Notes: a model not told the origin generated them from the letters alone. A DNA stretch of 64,000 bases from an uncultured Gemmatimonadales bacterium (GCA_963795085.1 CAWCFX010000001.1:1120001-1184000); one strand, 5' to 3'. Shown: positions 28,069 through 37,642, counted from the first letter of the stretch. Numbers and translations: made by a program.

Positions 28069-31000
28069 ACCGGATCGCGACGATCAACCGGAGATACCTG
28101 ATGACCGTATCCGCGCGGGCCCTGGCGCTGGTTGTGGCGCTGGCGTGGCCGAGCGAATCGCCCGCGTTCGCCCAGGAGGGCGGCGGCAAGCCCAAGCCGC
28201 CGCTGCCGCTGGAAGCGGCGCGCAAGGCGGAGTTCACCGCCACCCACGGCACCTGGATGTCGCTGGACGTGAGCCCCGACGGCCAGACGATCGTCTTCGA
28301 TCTGCTGGGCGACCTCTACACCCTGCCCATCGCCGGCGGCCGCGCCACCCGGATCACCAGCGGAATGGCGTTCGATGCCCAGCCCCGCTTCAGTCCGGAC
28401 GGCAGGCGGATCGCCTTCGTCTCCGACCGGAGCGGCGGCGACAACCTCTGGACCATGGCGCTCGACTTCCGGGATACCACCCAGGTGAGCCAGGGCAACG
28501 GCAACCTGTACGTCTCGCCCGAGTGGTCGCCGGACGGCCGCTTCCTCATCGTCAGCAAGAGCAGCGGCCCGCTGGGCGGCGCCGCCAAGCTGGAGATGTA
28601 CCGGGTCGGCCGGCGGAGCCCCATTCCCGTGATCCGGGCTCCCCAGCCCTTCAAGACCCTGGGGGCGGCATTCAGCCCCGATGGCCGCTACATCTGGTAC
28701 GCGGGCCGCAACGGCGACTGGACCTACAATGCCAATTTCCCCCAGCTCCAGCTCTTCCGCTACGACACGGAGCGGGGCCAGTCCACGCTGATGAGCAGCC
28801 GTTATGGCTCCGGCTTCCGGCCGGCCATCTCGCCCGACGGCAAGTGGCTGGTCTACGGCACCCGGCAGGGCGCCGAGACCGGCCTTCGGATCCGCGACCT
28901 CGGCACCGGCGACGAGCGCTGGCTGGCCTACCCGGTCCAGCGGGACGACATGGAATCCCGGGCCCCGCTCGACGTGCTGCCCGGCTACAGCTTCACCCCC
29001 GACAACAAGTCGGTCGTCGTTTCGTACGGCGGCGAGATCTGGCGGGTCCCGGTGGATGGCGGTGCCGCGGTCAAGATTCCGTTCGAGGCGCCGGTCCAGG
29101 TGGATATCGGTCCCGAGGTGAAGTTCGCGTACCGCATTGATACCACCAGCAACGTCACCGCCCGGCAGATCCGGAACCCGGTCGCTTCCCCCGATGGCAG
29201 GAAGCTCGCGTTTACCGCCTTTGACCGGCTCTACATCAAGGACATGCCCGAGGGCACGCCGCGCCGGGTCAGCGAGGCCGACCTGAGCGAGCACCACCCG
29301 GCCTGGTCGCCGGACGGGCAATGGCTGGCGTACGTCACCTGGGACGACACCTCCGGCGGCCACATCATGAAGGCCAGCGCGACCGGCCGCGGTGCCCCGG
29401 TGCGGCTCACCTCGGTGCCGGCCCTGTATTACAACCTGGCCTGGTCTCTCGACGGCCAGCGGATTGTCGCCACCCGGGGCGCCGCCCGGGAAATGAAGGA
29501 AGCCGCCGGCGCCTTTTTCGGCCCGCTGGGCGGGGAGTTTGTGTGGGTGCCCGCGGCCGGCGGAACGGTGATGGTCATTGCGCCCACCGGGTCGCGCGAC
29601 GTGGCCCACTTCGCCAGTGACCAGCCGGATCGGATCTTCGCCTACAGCCCCTCGGAAGGGCTGGTATCGTTCCGCTGGGACGGCACCGACATCAAGCGCC
29701 ACCTCCGGGTGGTCGGCGCCCCCGCCGGGTCGGCGGGCGCGCTCGATCCCGATGAGCCGGAGTTCCTGCCCCGGCGGGTCGGCGCCCTGATACGGAACCT
29801 GGAGCAGCACGCCGAGCTGGAGCAGAACCCCACGCCGCCCGCGGCGGGCCTGGTGCTGATGTCGCCTGCGGGCGGGCGCGCGCTGGCCCAGGTGGGCAGT
29901 CACCTGTACGCGCTGGAGGTCGCCGAGGTGGGCGGCCCGGTACCGGTGGTCTCGGTGGCGAATCCGAACGGCGCCACGGTCCCGGTCCGGAAGCTGACCG
30001 ATGTCGGCGGCGAATTCCCGTCCTGGAGCGCCGACGGCCAGCGGATTCGCTGGTCCATCGGCAACGCGTTGCTGACCTACGACCTCTCGCGCGCCGAAGC
30101 CATTGATGACAGCGTGCTGGAAGCGGGGCGCGAACGGGTGGGCCGGGCCCTCCGGGTGCGGGCGGTGCTGGACAGCCTCAAGGCGGCGCGCGCGCTGGTG
30201 GACAGCATCAAGAAGGCGGGCCAGCTGGTGCCGGACTCGCTCAAGAGCAAGCTGAACGGCCTGATCGCCGACTCGGTGCGGTCCCACGCCGACATCCTGA
30301 CCCACCAGGCCGATTCCATCCGGGCCCGCGCGCTCGCGATCATCGCCCGGGCCGATTCCCTGCGTCTCACCGGGCCCGACTCGGCCCGGGTGGATACCAC
30401 GAGGCTCTACAACCCGAGGGAGACCCGGATCTACGTCCCCCTCGCCCGCGACGTCCCCCGCGGCGTGGTGGTGCTGCGAGGCGGACGCGTGGTCTCGATG
30501 AAGGGGATGCAGATCATCGAGAACGCCGACGTGGTGATCCGGGACAACCGGATCGTGGCGGTGGGCGTCCGGGACTCGGTGCCGATTCCCGAGGGGGCCG
30601 AGATCGTGGACGTCGCCGGAAAGACCTTGCTCCCCGGCTTCGTGGATACCCACTATCACGCCCAATGGCTGATCCCCGAGATCCATCCCCGCCAGGCGTG
30701 GCAGTATCTCACCAACCTGGCCTACGGCGTCACCACGACGCGCGATCCGCAGACCTCGTCCACCGATATCCTGAGCTACCAGGACCGGGTGGAGACCGGC
30801 GGGATGCTGGGCCCCCGCATCTTTTCCACCGGCCCCGGGGTGTTCGTGGGTGAGAACATCGCCAGCGCCGAGCAGGCGGAGAGCGTGCTGCGGCGGTACT
30901 CCGAGTACTACGACACCAAGACGCTCAAGATGTACATGACCGGCAACCGGCAGCAGCGGCAGTGGATCATCCAGGCCGCCAAGAAGCTGCAACTGATGCC

Positions 31001-31748
31001 GACCACCGAGGGCGGGCTCGATTTCAAGCTGGACCTGACCCACGCGCTGGACGGGTATCCGGGGATCGAGCATGCCTTGCCGGTGGCGCCGATGTACGAG
31101 GACGTGGTGAAGCTCTTCCGCGCGTCGCAGACTACGAACACGCCCACCCTGCTGGTCTCCTACGGCGGCCCGTTCGGGGAGAATTACTTCTACGCGAAGG
31201 AAGAGGTGCACGACAACCCCAAGCTGCGCCGCTTCGCGCCGGAGGCCAACATCGATGCCCGGAGCCGCCGCCGGGGGCCCGGCGCCGGGGGCAGCCCCGG
31301 CCAGGCCGGCTGGTTCCTGGACGAGGAGTACGTGTTCGGGAGGCACGCCGACTTTGCCCGCCGGATGATGGCGGACAGCGCCCGGGTGGCGGTGGGCAGC
31401 CACGGCCAGCTGCAGGGGCTGGGCTATCACTGGGAGCTGTGGGCGCTGGCCTCGGGCGGGATGTCGAGCCACGACGCGCTCCGGGCCGCGACCATCTTCG
31501 GCGCCGAAGCGATCGGGCTGGGCCAGGATCTCGGTTCCATCGAGCCGGGCAAGCTGGCCGATATCCTGGTCTTCGACCGGGACCCGCTGGCCGATCTTCG
31601 GAACTCGGTTGCGATTCGATATGTCATGAAGAACGGCCGGCTCTACGACGCGGAATCTCTGGACGAGGTGTGGCCTCGCAAGCGCGCGCTGGGGTCGCAG
31701 CCGTGGCAGGCATTCGGGCCGGGTGGCGTGAGCGCGGGGGTTCAGTAG
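28065..31748 (+). CDS. Secreted PD40/TolB-like beta-propeller + amidohydrolase (paralog 2)
   Basis: ATG overlaps the previous TGA; SPDG repeats, PGFVDTHYH, GSIEPGKLADI. Confidence 0.9.
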   Translation: MNRIATINRRYLMTVSARALALVVALAWPSESPAFAQEGGGKPKPPLPLEAARKAEFTATHGTWMSLDVSPDGQTIVFDLLGDLYTLPIAGGRATRITSGMAFDAQPRFSPDGRRIAFVSDRSGGDNLWTMALDFRDTTQVSQGNGNLYVSPEWSPDGRFLIVSKSSGPLGGAAKLEMYRVGRRSPIPVIRAPQPFKTLGAAFSPDGRYIWYAGRNGDWTYNANFPQLQLFRYDTERGQSTLMSSRYGSGFRPAISPDGKWLVYGTRQGAETGLRIRDLGTGDERWLAYPVQRDDMESRAPLDVLPGYSFTPDNKSVVVSYGGEIWRVPVDGGAAVKIPFEAPVQVDIGPEVKFAYRIDTTSNVTARQIRNPVASPDGRKLAFTAFDRLYIKDMPEGTPRRVSEADLSEHHPAWSPDGQWLAYVTWDDTSGGHIMKASATGRGAPVRLTSVPALYYNLAWSLDGQRIVATRGAAREMKEAAGAFFGPLGGEFVWVPAAGGTVMVIAPTGSRDVAHFASDQPDRIFAYSPSEGLVSFRWDGTDIKRHLRVVGAPAGSAGALDPDEPEFLPRRVGALIRNLEQHAELEQNPTPPAAGLVLMSPAGGRALAQVGSHLYALEVAEVGGPVPVVSVANPNGATVPVRKLTDVGGEFPSWSADGQRIRWSIGNALLTYDLSRAEAIDDSVLEAGRERVGRALRVRAVLDSLKAARALVDSIKKAGQLVPDSLKSKLNGLIADSVRSHADILTHQADSIRARALAIIARADSLRLTGPDSARVDTTRLYNPRETRIYVPLARDVPRGVVVLRGGRVVSMKGMQIIENADVVIRDNRIVAVGVRDSVPIPEGAEIVDVAGKTLLPGFVDTHYHAQWLIPEIHPRQAWQYLTNLAYGVTTTRDPQTSSTDILSYQDRVETGGMLGPRIFSTGPGVFVGENIASAEQAESVLRRYSEYYDTKTLKMYMTGNRQQRQWIIQAAKKLQLMPTTEGGLDFKLDLTHALDGYPGIEHALPVAPMYEDVVKLFRASQTTNTPTLLVSYGGPFGENYFYAKEEVHDNPKLRRFAPEANIDARSRRRGPGAGGSPGQAGWFLDEEYVFGRHADFARRMMADSARVAVGSHGQLQGLGYHWELWALASGGMSSHDALRAATIFGAEAIGLGQDLGSIEPGKLADILVFDRDPLADLRNSVAIRYVMKNGRLYDAESLDEVWPRKRALGSQPWQAFGPGGVSAGVQ

Positions 31749-31990
31749 CCGCCGCGCCGCATTTCTCTCCGAGAGCGACTAACCGACTGGATGCCGGATG
31801 GATGGGGGCCCCGGTCAGGCGGTCCTGGCAAGTGCAACCGGTTCGCTGACGATTGGTATGTCGTTATACACCAATATATTATGTCGTCACATTTGAACTG
31901 ATTCGATGCCCCGATCCCCATCTGCCTCCGGGATCGCCGAAGCGATCGGGCTGGGGCAGGAGTCCCGGCAAGTCAGCCGGGGGTCTGCAC

Positions 31991-32019
31991 TTGGCCTTGA
32001 GTCCCGGCCGGGTTATCTT
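31991..32019 (+). promoter_or_regulatory. Putative sigma70 promoter for the infC operon
   Basis: TTGGCC-N17-TATCTT. Confidence 0.4.
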
Positions 32020-32149
32020 CGCAGCAGTCAATGAAGCGGGGCCCTATCGCCCCCACCCCAACGCCGCGGGCCGATCCTGGCCGATACGCGTGTAACCGGG
32101 TCCGAAAACGCCACCCAATGGGCGCTACGCGCTACGGTGTGGCCTGTGT

Positions 32150-32193
32150 CGGACATCCGGTCGGGTAGGTTTCCCGGATGTCCGTTTTCTTTT
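32150..32193 (+). terminator. Intrinsic terminator-like hairpin in the infC leader (possible attenuator)
   Basis: 11-bp stem CGGACATCCGG/CCGGATGTCCG followed by TTTTCTTTT. Confidence 0.7.
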
Positions 32194-32215
32194 GCCCCTG
32201 AAGCGGAGGCCATAA

Positions 32216-32737
32216 CTGTCCACCAACGAGCGTGAAAAGCGGGTTCGGGTCAATCGCCAGATCCGAATCAGCCCGGTCCGCGTGATCACCAACACTGGCG
32301 AGCAGTTGGGCGTGCTGCCGATTGACCAGGCCCTGGCGGCGGCCGAGGAACGTGGATTGGACCTGGTGGAAGTCGCCCCCCTGGCGCGGCCCCCCGTGGT
32401 CAAGATCATGGACTACGGAAAGTTCAAGTTCGAAGAGGCCAAGGCGGCCCGGGCCGCCAAGAAAAAGCAGCACATCATCCTGCTCAAGGAAGTGAAGTAC
32501 CGGCCCGGCATCGACGATCATGACTTCGAGTTCAAGACCCGCCATGCGCGCGAGTTCCTGGGCGAAGGTAACAAGGTCAAGGTCACCATGATGTACCGGG
32601 GCCGGCAGATGGCCCACATCGAGCTGGGCAAGGCGGTGCTGGACCGGGTGGCGGCCGACCTGGCCGACATCGGCAAGATCGAAATGGAAGCCAAGCTGGA
32701 AGGCCGGAACATGACAATGGTCCTGGCCCCCAAATAG
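32216..32737 (+). CDS. infC: Translation initiation factor IF-3 (CTG start)
   Basis: [46 protein letters not shown] at 32205-09 and in-frame TAA immediately before the CTG. Confidence 0.95.
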   Translation: MSTNEREKRVRVNRQIRISPVRVITNTGEQLGVLPIDQALAAAEERGLDLVEVAPLARPPVVKIMDYGKFKFEEAKAARAAKKKQHIILLKEVKYRPGIDDHDFEFKTRHAREFLGEGNKVKVTMMYRGRQMAHIELGKAVLDRVAADLADIGKIEMEAKLEGRNMTMVLAPK

Positions 32738-32783
32738 CCGGACGGACCACCGGGCAGCACGACCCCAAGGGAGAGAAGCAGAA

Positions 32784-32978
32784 ATGCCGAAAATGAAGAC
32801 CAAGCGGGCGGCCATGAAGCGCTTCAAGAAAACCGGCACCGGGAAGCTCAAGCGCTGGCACGCCAACCATTCCCACATCCTGACCAAGAAGAGCCGCAAG
32901 CGGAAGAACAAGCTGCAAAAGTCCGATCTGGTCAGCTCCGCGGATTTCCCCCGCGTCAACCGACTCCTGCAGGCGTGA
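32784..32978 (+). CDS. rpmI: 50S ribosomal protein L35
   Basis: [28 protein letters not shown]. Confidence 0.97.
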   Translation: MPKMKTKRAAMKRFKKTGTGKLKRWHANHSHILTKKSRKRKNKLQKSDLVSSADFPRVNRLLQA

Positions 32979-32989
32979 GGGATACCTAA

Positions 32990-33346
32990 ATGCCACGCGT
33001 AAAGAACGGACCCGCGCACCACGCGCGCAAAGCCAAGATCATGAAGGCCGCCAAGGGGGCCCGCGGCGGACGCAGCAAGCTGTACAAGGCCGCCAAGGAG
33101 ACGGTCGAGCGCGGCATGCGCTACGCCTACCGGGACCGGCGCAAGAAGAAGGGCGAGTTCCGGATGCTCTGGATCACCCGGATCAACGCCGCCGCCCGGA
33201 TCCACGGCCTCTCCTACAGCCGGATGATGAGCGGTCTCCGCAAGGCCGGGCTGGACATCAACCGGAAGATGCTGGCCGACCTCGCGGTGCGCGATGCCGG
33301 CGCCTTTGCCAAGTTTGCCGAGGTGGCCAAGGGCCAGCAGAACTAG
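32990..33346 (+). CDS. rplT: 50S ribosomal protein L20
   Basis: MPRVK, YAYRDRRKKKGEFRMLWITRINAA, NRKMLADLA. Confidence 0.97.
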   Translation: MPRVKNGPAHHARKAKIMKAAKGARGGRSKLYKAAKETVERGMRYAYRDRRKKKGEFRMLWITRINAAARIHGLSYSRMMSGLRKAGLDINRKMLADLAVRDAGAFAKFAEVAKGQQN

Positions 33347-33381
33347 CTCGGCGCCTGCACCGGGCCCCGAGGGGCGAAAAG

Positions 33382-33422
33382 AAAGGGGTCGCCCGCCGGC
33401 GGATGCGCGGTCGATCCCTTTT
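33382..33422 (+). terminator. Putative terminator after rplT
   Basis: AAAGGGGTCG...CGATCCCTTTT stem. Confidence 0.5.
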
Positions 33423-33606
33423 GGCTTGTAAAGCGCCTCACCGGCCGGGTTTTGACGAATGAGTTCCCTGGCAAAACCAGAGCCGCCAAAGCCTGGACGC
33501 ACGGAACACTGCACAAAATGGCTCAGTTACTTTGTTCGTTTCGTGTTTTGTCGTTGGCTGTTGTGTAAGCGCAGGATTTCCAGCGGCAACCTGGGGCACC
33601 ACGACA

Positions 33607-34728
33607 ATGTCACATGATGAGATCCTTGCCCGTCTTGAAACGCGGCTCGGGGCGCTTGCCGCCCTGGGGCACGAGGCCCTCGAAGCCGAGCACGTCGCCA
33701 TCCTGGGCCGGAAGCAGGGCGAACTCAACAACCTGCTGAAGAGCCTGGCCACGCTGCCCGCCGAGGAACGCCGCAGTGTGGGGGCCGCGGCCAATCAGCT
33801 GCGGCAACGGTTCGAGGCGGCCTTCGAGGCCCGCCGCGCCGACCTCAAGCATCAGTCGGAGACGGGCCGCCAGTCCGGGCTCGATCTGAGCATGCCCGGG
33901 CGGGAGCGGTTCGTGGGCGCGGAACACCCGGTGACCCGGGTGGTGGACGAGATCGCCGAGATTTTCCGGGAACTGGGCTTCGTCAGGGTGGTGGGCCCGG
34001 AGGCGGAGACGGAGTGGTACAACTTCATCGCCCTCAACTTCCCGCCCGATCACCCGGCGATGGACCTCCATGACACGCTCTACCTGGACACCGGTGACCG
34101 GCGCGCCCCGGGGCGGGACCGGCGGAAGAACCGGTCGTCCGGGGTAGGACCGCACGAAAAGCGGGAAACCGACCGCCGCGAGCTGCAGGGCGGCAGGGTC
34201 CTGCTCCGCACCCATACCTCGCCGGTGCAGATTCGCACCATGCTGGCGCACCGGCCGCCCATCCGGGTGATCATGCCCGGAATGGTGTACCGCAAGGACA
34301 CCTTCGACGCCTCCCACGCCCCCGCCTTCAGCCAGATCGAAGGCCTGGCGGTGGACGACAACATCACCTTCGTGGACCTCAAGGCCACGCTGACCCACTT
34401 CGCCCGCCGTTTCTTCTCGGCGGCGACCCGGGTCCGTTTTCGCCCCTCGTTCTTTCCCTTCACGGAACCGTCGGCCGAGATGGATGTCAGTTGCGGGCTC
34501 TGCGACGGCGCCGGTTGCCCCGCCTGCAAGGGCTCCGGCTGGATGGAAATCCTGGGCTGCGGCATGGTCCACCCCAACGTGCTGGAGACCTGCGGCATCG
34601 ACCCCGAGGTGTACTCCGGCTGGGCCTTCGGCATGGGCCCCCACCGGATCGCGATGCAGCGTTACGGCATCCGGGATATTCGATTGCTGTATGAGGGCGA
34701 TATGAGGTTCCTGAGCCAGTTTCGGTAA
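33607..34728 (+). CDS. pheS: Phenylalanine--tRNA ligase alpha subunit
   Basis: LLRTHTSPVQ, FRPSFFPFTEPS, WMEILGCGMVHP, GWAFGMG, DIR..YEGDMRFL. Confidence 0.96.
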   Translation: MSHDEILARLETRLGALAALGHEALEAEHVAILGRKQGELNNLLKSLATLPAEERRSVGAAANQLRQRFEAAFEARRADLKHQSETGRQSGLDLSMPGRERFVGAEHPVTRVVDEIAEIFRELGFVRVVGPEAETEWYNFIALNFPPDHPAMDLHDTLYLDTGDRRAPGRDRRKNRSSGVGPHEKRETDRRELQGGRVLLRTHTSPVQIRTMLAHRPPIRVIMPGMVYRKDTFDASHAPAFSQIEGLAVDDNITFVDLKATLTHFARRFFSAATRVRFRPSFFPFTEPSAEMDVSCGLCDGAGCPACKGSGWMEILGCGMVHPNVLETCGIDPEVYSGWAFGMGPHRIAMQRYGIRDIRLLYEGDMRFLSQFR

Positions 34729-34776
34729 GCTGTGCAAGGCTAGTGGCGTAGTAGAGGTGAGAGCAACAACTGCGTC

Positions 34777-34929
34777 AACGCAGAGGGCACTGAGAGCAGC
34801 GGAGTTCGCGGAGAGATCGTCTATCCTCCGGATTCCAATGATCATGCTTTTGTACAAAGCATCTGAGTCGAGATCTCAACCCGCATGTTGATCTCTGCGC
34901 ATTCTGCGGCTCTCCCTGTCCTCTGCGTT
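34777..34929. mobile_element. Gene-less inverted-arm element between pheS and pheT
   Basis: Arms 34777-34818 and 34890-34929 are imperfect reverse complements and resemble the arms around the GxxExxY gene. Confidence 0.65.
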
Positions 34930-34986
34930 AATGCTTTTGTTGAGGTTAAAATCTGTACGCAGGTTTGCCTAATAACACGGAGCTAG

Positions 34987-37356
34987 ATGAACATCTCCCG
35001 CATGTGGCTCGAAGCGTTCCTCCGCCGCCCGCTTGATTCGAAAGAGCTGGCGGCCAGGCTGGCCATGCTCGGCGCCCCGGTGGACGCCATCGAGCCGCTC
35101 AACCCCGGCCTCGAGGATATCGTCGTCGGCCTGGTCGAGGCCGCCGAGCCGCACCCCAACGCCGACCGGCTCAGGCTGTGCACCGTGAACGACGGCGCGG
35201 CCACGCACCAGGTGGTGTGCGGCGCGTCCAACGTGCTGGCCGGGAAGAAGTATCCTTTCGCACCACTCGGCGCGACGCTGCCCGGCGGCCTCAAGATTGA
35301 AAAGCGCAAACTCCGCGGCGTGGCCTCCGAGGGCATGCTCTGCTCGGCCCGGGAACTGGGCCTGGGCCAGGACCACGACGGAATCCTGGAGCTGGATACG
35401 CCCGCGCCGCCCGGCACCCGCCTGCTCGATGCCCTGCCGCTGGGTGACGAGCGCCTGGTGGTGGACGTCACTCCCAACCGGCCCGACCTGCTGGGTCACA
35501 AGGGAGTCGCCCGCGAACTGGCGCATTCCTATGGGAGCCCGTTTCGCCTTCCCGAAATACCGGGCGGGTCCGGCGATCCGGTGCCCTCGCCCCGTAAGGC
35601 CGAGGGCGACCAGGCGACGGTGGGCGGCGTCCGCATCCAGATCGAGGACCAGGAAGGCTGCCGCCGTTTTCTCGGAGCCGTTATCCGCGGCGTATCCGTG
35701 GGCCCCTCGCCGGCCTGGCTGGCCCGGCGCATCACCGCGGTCGGGATGCGGCCCATCAACAACGTGGTGGACGCGACCAACTACGTGATGTTCGAGTTGA
35801 ACCAGCCGGTGCATGCCTATGACATCGCCACGGTACGAGGCCCCGAGATCATCGTGCGGCGGGCCCGGATGGCGGAAACCCTGGTGACCCTGGATGACGT
35901 GAGCCGAACCCTGGCCGGGGACATGACGATCATTGCCGACGCCGGCGGGCCGGTCGGCGTGGCCGGCGTGATGGGCGCGGCTCACGTCGAAGTAAGCCCG
36001 TCCACCACCGGCGTCTTCCTGGAATGTGCCTGGTTCGAACCACGTGGTATTCGCCGGGCCCGCCGGGCGCTTAACCTGAGCAGCGAGGCGAGTTACCGGT
36101 TCGAACGGGGCGTGGATCTCTGGAACGGTCCCGAAGTCATGCGCCGCTGCATCGAGATCATCCTGGCGACGGCGGGCGGCAGCCTGGCCGAGCCGCCGGT
36201 GGACCTGTTCCCCCAGGCGGTCCATCCGCCCCGGATCTTTCTCCGGCCTGCGCGGGTGACCCGCCTGCTCGGCGTTGAACTGCCCTGGGTCGAAATGGAA
36301 AAGGCGCTCGTGGCCATTGGCGCCACCGTGCTTTCCAAGCCGGACGATGCCCGGATCGCGGTGGACGTGCCCGGCTGGCGGCCTGACCTGCTCAAGGAGA
36401 TTGACCTGGTGGAGGAGGTCGCCCGGGTGTACGGGTACGACCGGTTTCCCTCCGAGTTGCGGCCCTACCGGGTGGGCGAGATCGAGGAATCCACATTGGA
36501 GCAGGCCGACACCCGGCTGCGCCGGGGCCTGGCCGCCCGGGGACTCTACGAAGTGATCACGCTTCCCATGGGGCCGGGGGCGGACGGCGATCACGTGCGG
36601 CTCGTCAACCCGCTGGCCTCCAACGAGTCCTTCATGCGGGCCGGGCTCCTGCCCGGCCTGGCCCGCCAGGTGGAACTCAACTGGCGGGAACAGGTCCGGT
36701 CGGTGCGGCTGTTCGAGGTCGGGACGGTCTTCCAGCCCGATGGGGTAGGGCAGGTTCCGGTCGAAACCCGGCGGGTGGCCGGGGTCCTGACCGGGCATCG
36801 GGAGCCGGAGCACTGGAGCGCGCCCGGGCCCGACCTGGATGCGTGGGACCTCAAAGGGATGTTCGCCGCCGCGCTGTCACTGGCGGTTCCGGCCGCTACC
36901 GTGCAAGTTGAAGGCAACGCTTGGGTTGGGGTAACCCCGAGCGGCCAGGTGGTGGGGCGCGCGGAACGCCTGGCCGCCGATGCGCCGCCGTGGGCCGCGC
37001 CCCTCTTCGGGTTTGAAATCGACATCGATCCGGCGCCCCCGGCGGCACCTTCGGTCCGCCCCCCGGCGGCGACCCCGGCGTCGGAACGCGACCTGGCCCT
37101 GGTGGTGCCGGGGGACGTGACCGCCGCCCAGGTCCTGGATGGCGTGCGCCAGGCCGGCGGTGCGCTGCTGGAGTCCAGCCGGGTCACCGACGAATACCGG
37201 GGCGATAAACTCCCGGCGGGAATGCGCAGCATCGGGTTCCGCCTGGTGTTCCGGGCCTCCGACCGGACGCTGGCGAAGCCGGACGTGGACCAGGCCGTGA
37301 CCCGGATTCTCAAGCACCTGGAGAAAGACCTCCGTGTACACATACGAGCGACCTGA
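34987..37356 (+). CDS. pheT: Phenylalanine--tRNA ligase beta subunit
   Basis: HPNADRL, VVCGA, SEGMLCS, TPNRPD, INNVVDATNY, RFERGVD, DLVEEVAR, RDLA. Confidence 0.97.
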   Translation: MNISRMWLEAFLRRPLDSKELAARLAMLGAPVDAIEPLNPGLEDIVVGLVEAAEPHPNADRLRLCTVNDGAATHQVVCGASNVLAGKKYPFAPLGATLPGGLKIEKRKLRGVASEGMLCSARELGLGQDHDGILELDTPAPPGTRLLDALPLGDERLVVDVTPNRPDLLGHKGVARELAHSYGSPFRLPEIPGGSGDPVPSPRKAEGDQATVGGVRIQIEDQEGCRRFLGAVIRGVSVGPSPAWLARRITAVGMRPINNVVDATNYVMFELNQPVHAYDIATVRGPEIIVRRARMAETLVTLDDVSRTLAGDMTIIADAGGPVGVAGVMGAAHVEVSPSTTGVFLECAWFEPRGIRRARRALNLSSEASYRFERGVDLWNGPEVMRRCIEIILATAGGSLAEPPVDLFPQAVHPPRIFLRPARVTRLLGVELPWVEMEKALVAIGATVLSKPDDARIAVDVPGWRPDLLKEIDLVEEVARVYGYDRFPSELRPYRVGEIEESTLEQADTRLRRGLAARGLYEVITLPMGPGADGDHVRLVNPLASNESFMRAGLLPGLARQVELNWREQVRSVRLFEVGTVFQPDGVGQVPVETRRVAGVLTGHREPEHWSAPGPDLDAWDLKGMFAAALSLAVPAATVQVEGNAWVGVTPSGQVVGRAERLAADAPPWAAPLFGFEIDIDPAPPAAPSVRPPAATPASERDLALVVPGDVTAAQVLDGVRQAGGALLESSRVTDEYRGDKLPAGMRSIGFRLVFRASDRTLAKPDVDQAVTRILKHLEKDLRVHIRAT

Positions 37357-37642
37357 TTTCCGCGCGCTGGACGAGCTGGAGCAGCTGCTGCGGCACGTGG
37401 GAGAGGAACTGGCGGCCTGGCGGCGGCGGTCCCTCAAGGCGGAAGCCGAGCTGCAGGAGTACCGGTCCAAGGGGAGCGGCCCCGCGGGGCCCGAGCTGCT
37501 GCAGGCCCGGCAGCGGGTGATCGAGGTCGAAATGGAGAACCAGCAGCTGCGACTCCGCATCGAGGCGGCCCGGGAGCGGGTCGCCACCATCGAGAGCCGG
37601 CTGACTTTCCTGTCTCAGGAGCGGGAGGACGGCGCCGCGTGA
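37334..37642 (+). CDS. Coiled-coil protein (ZapB-like position)
   Basis: Heptad-rich small ORF between pheT and zapA. Confidence 0.65.
   Translation: MYTYERPDFRALDELEQLLRHVGEELAAWRRRSLKAEAELQEYRSKGSGPAGPELLQARQRVIEVEMENQQLRLRIEAARERVATIESRLTFLSQEREDGAA

Noticed and set aside
27951..31472. Very long antisense ORFs (also 1518-2786, 10935-12905, 43936-45864, 61077-62813)
   Set aside because: Shadow ORFs caused by high GC3 on the opposite strand of clear genes; no recognisable motifs.
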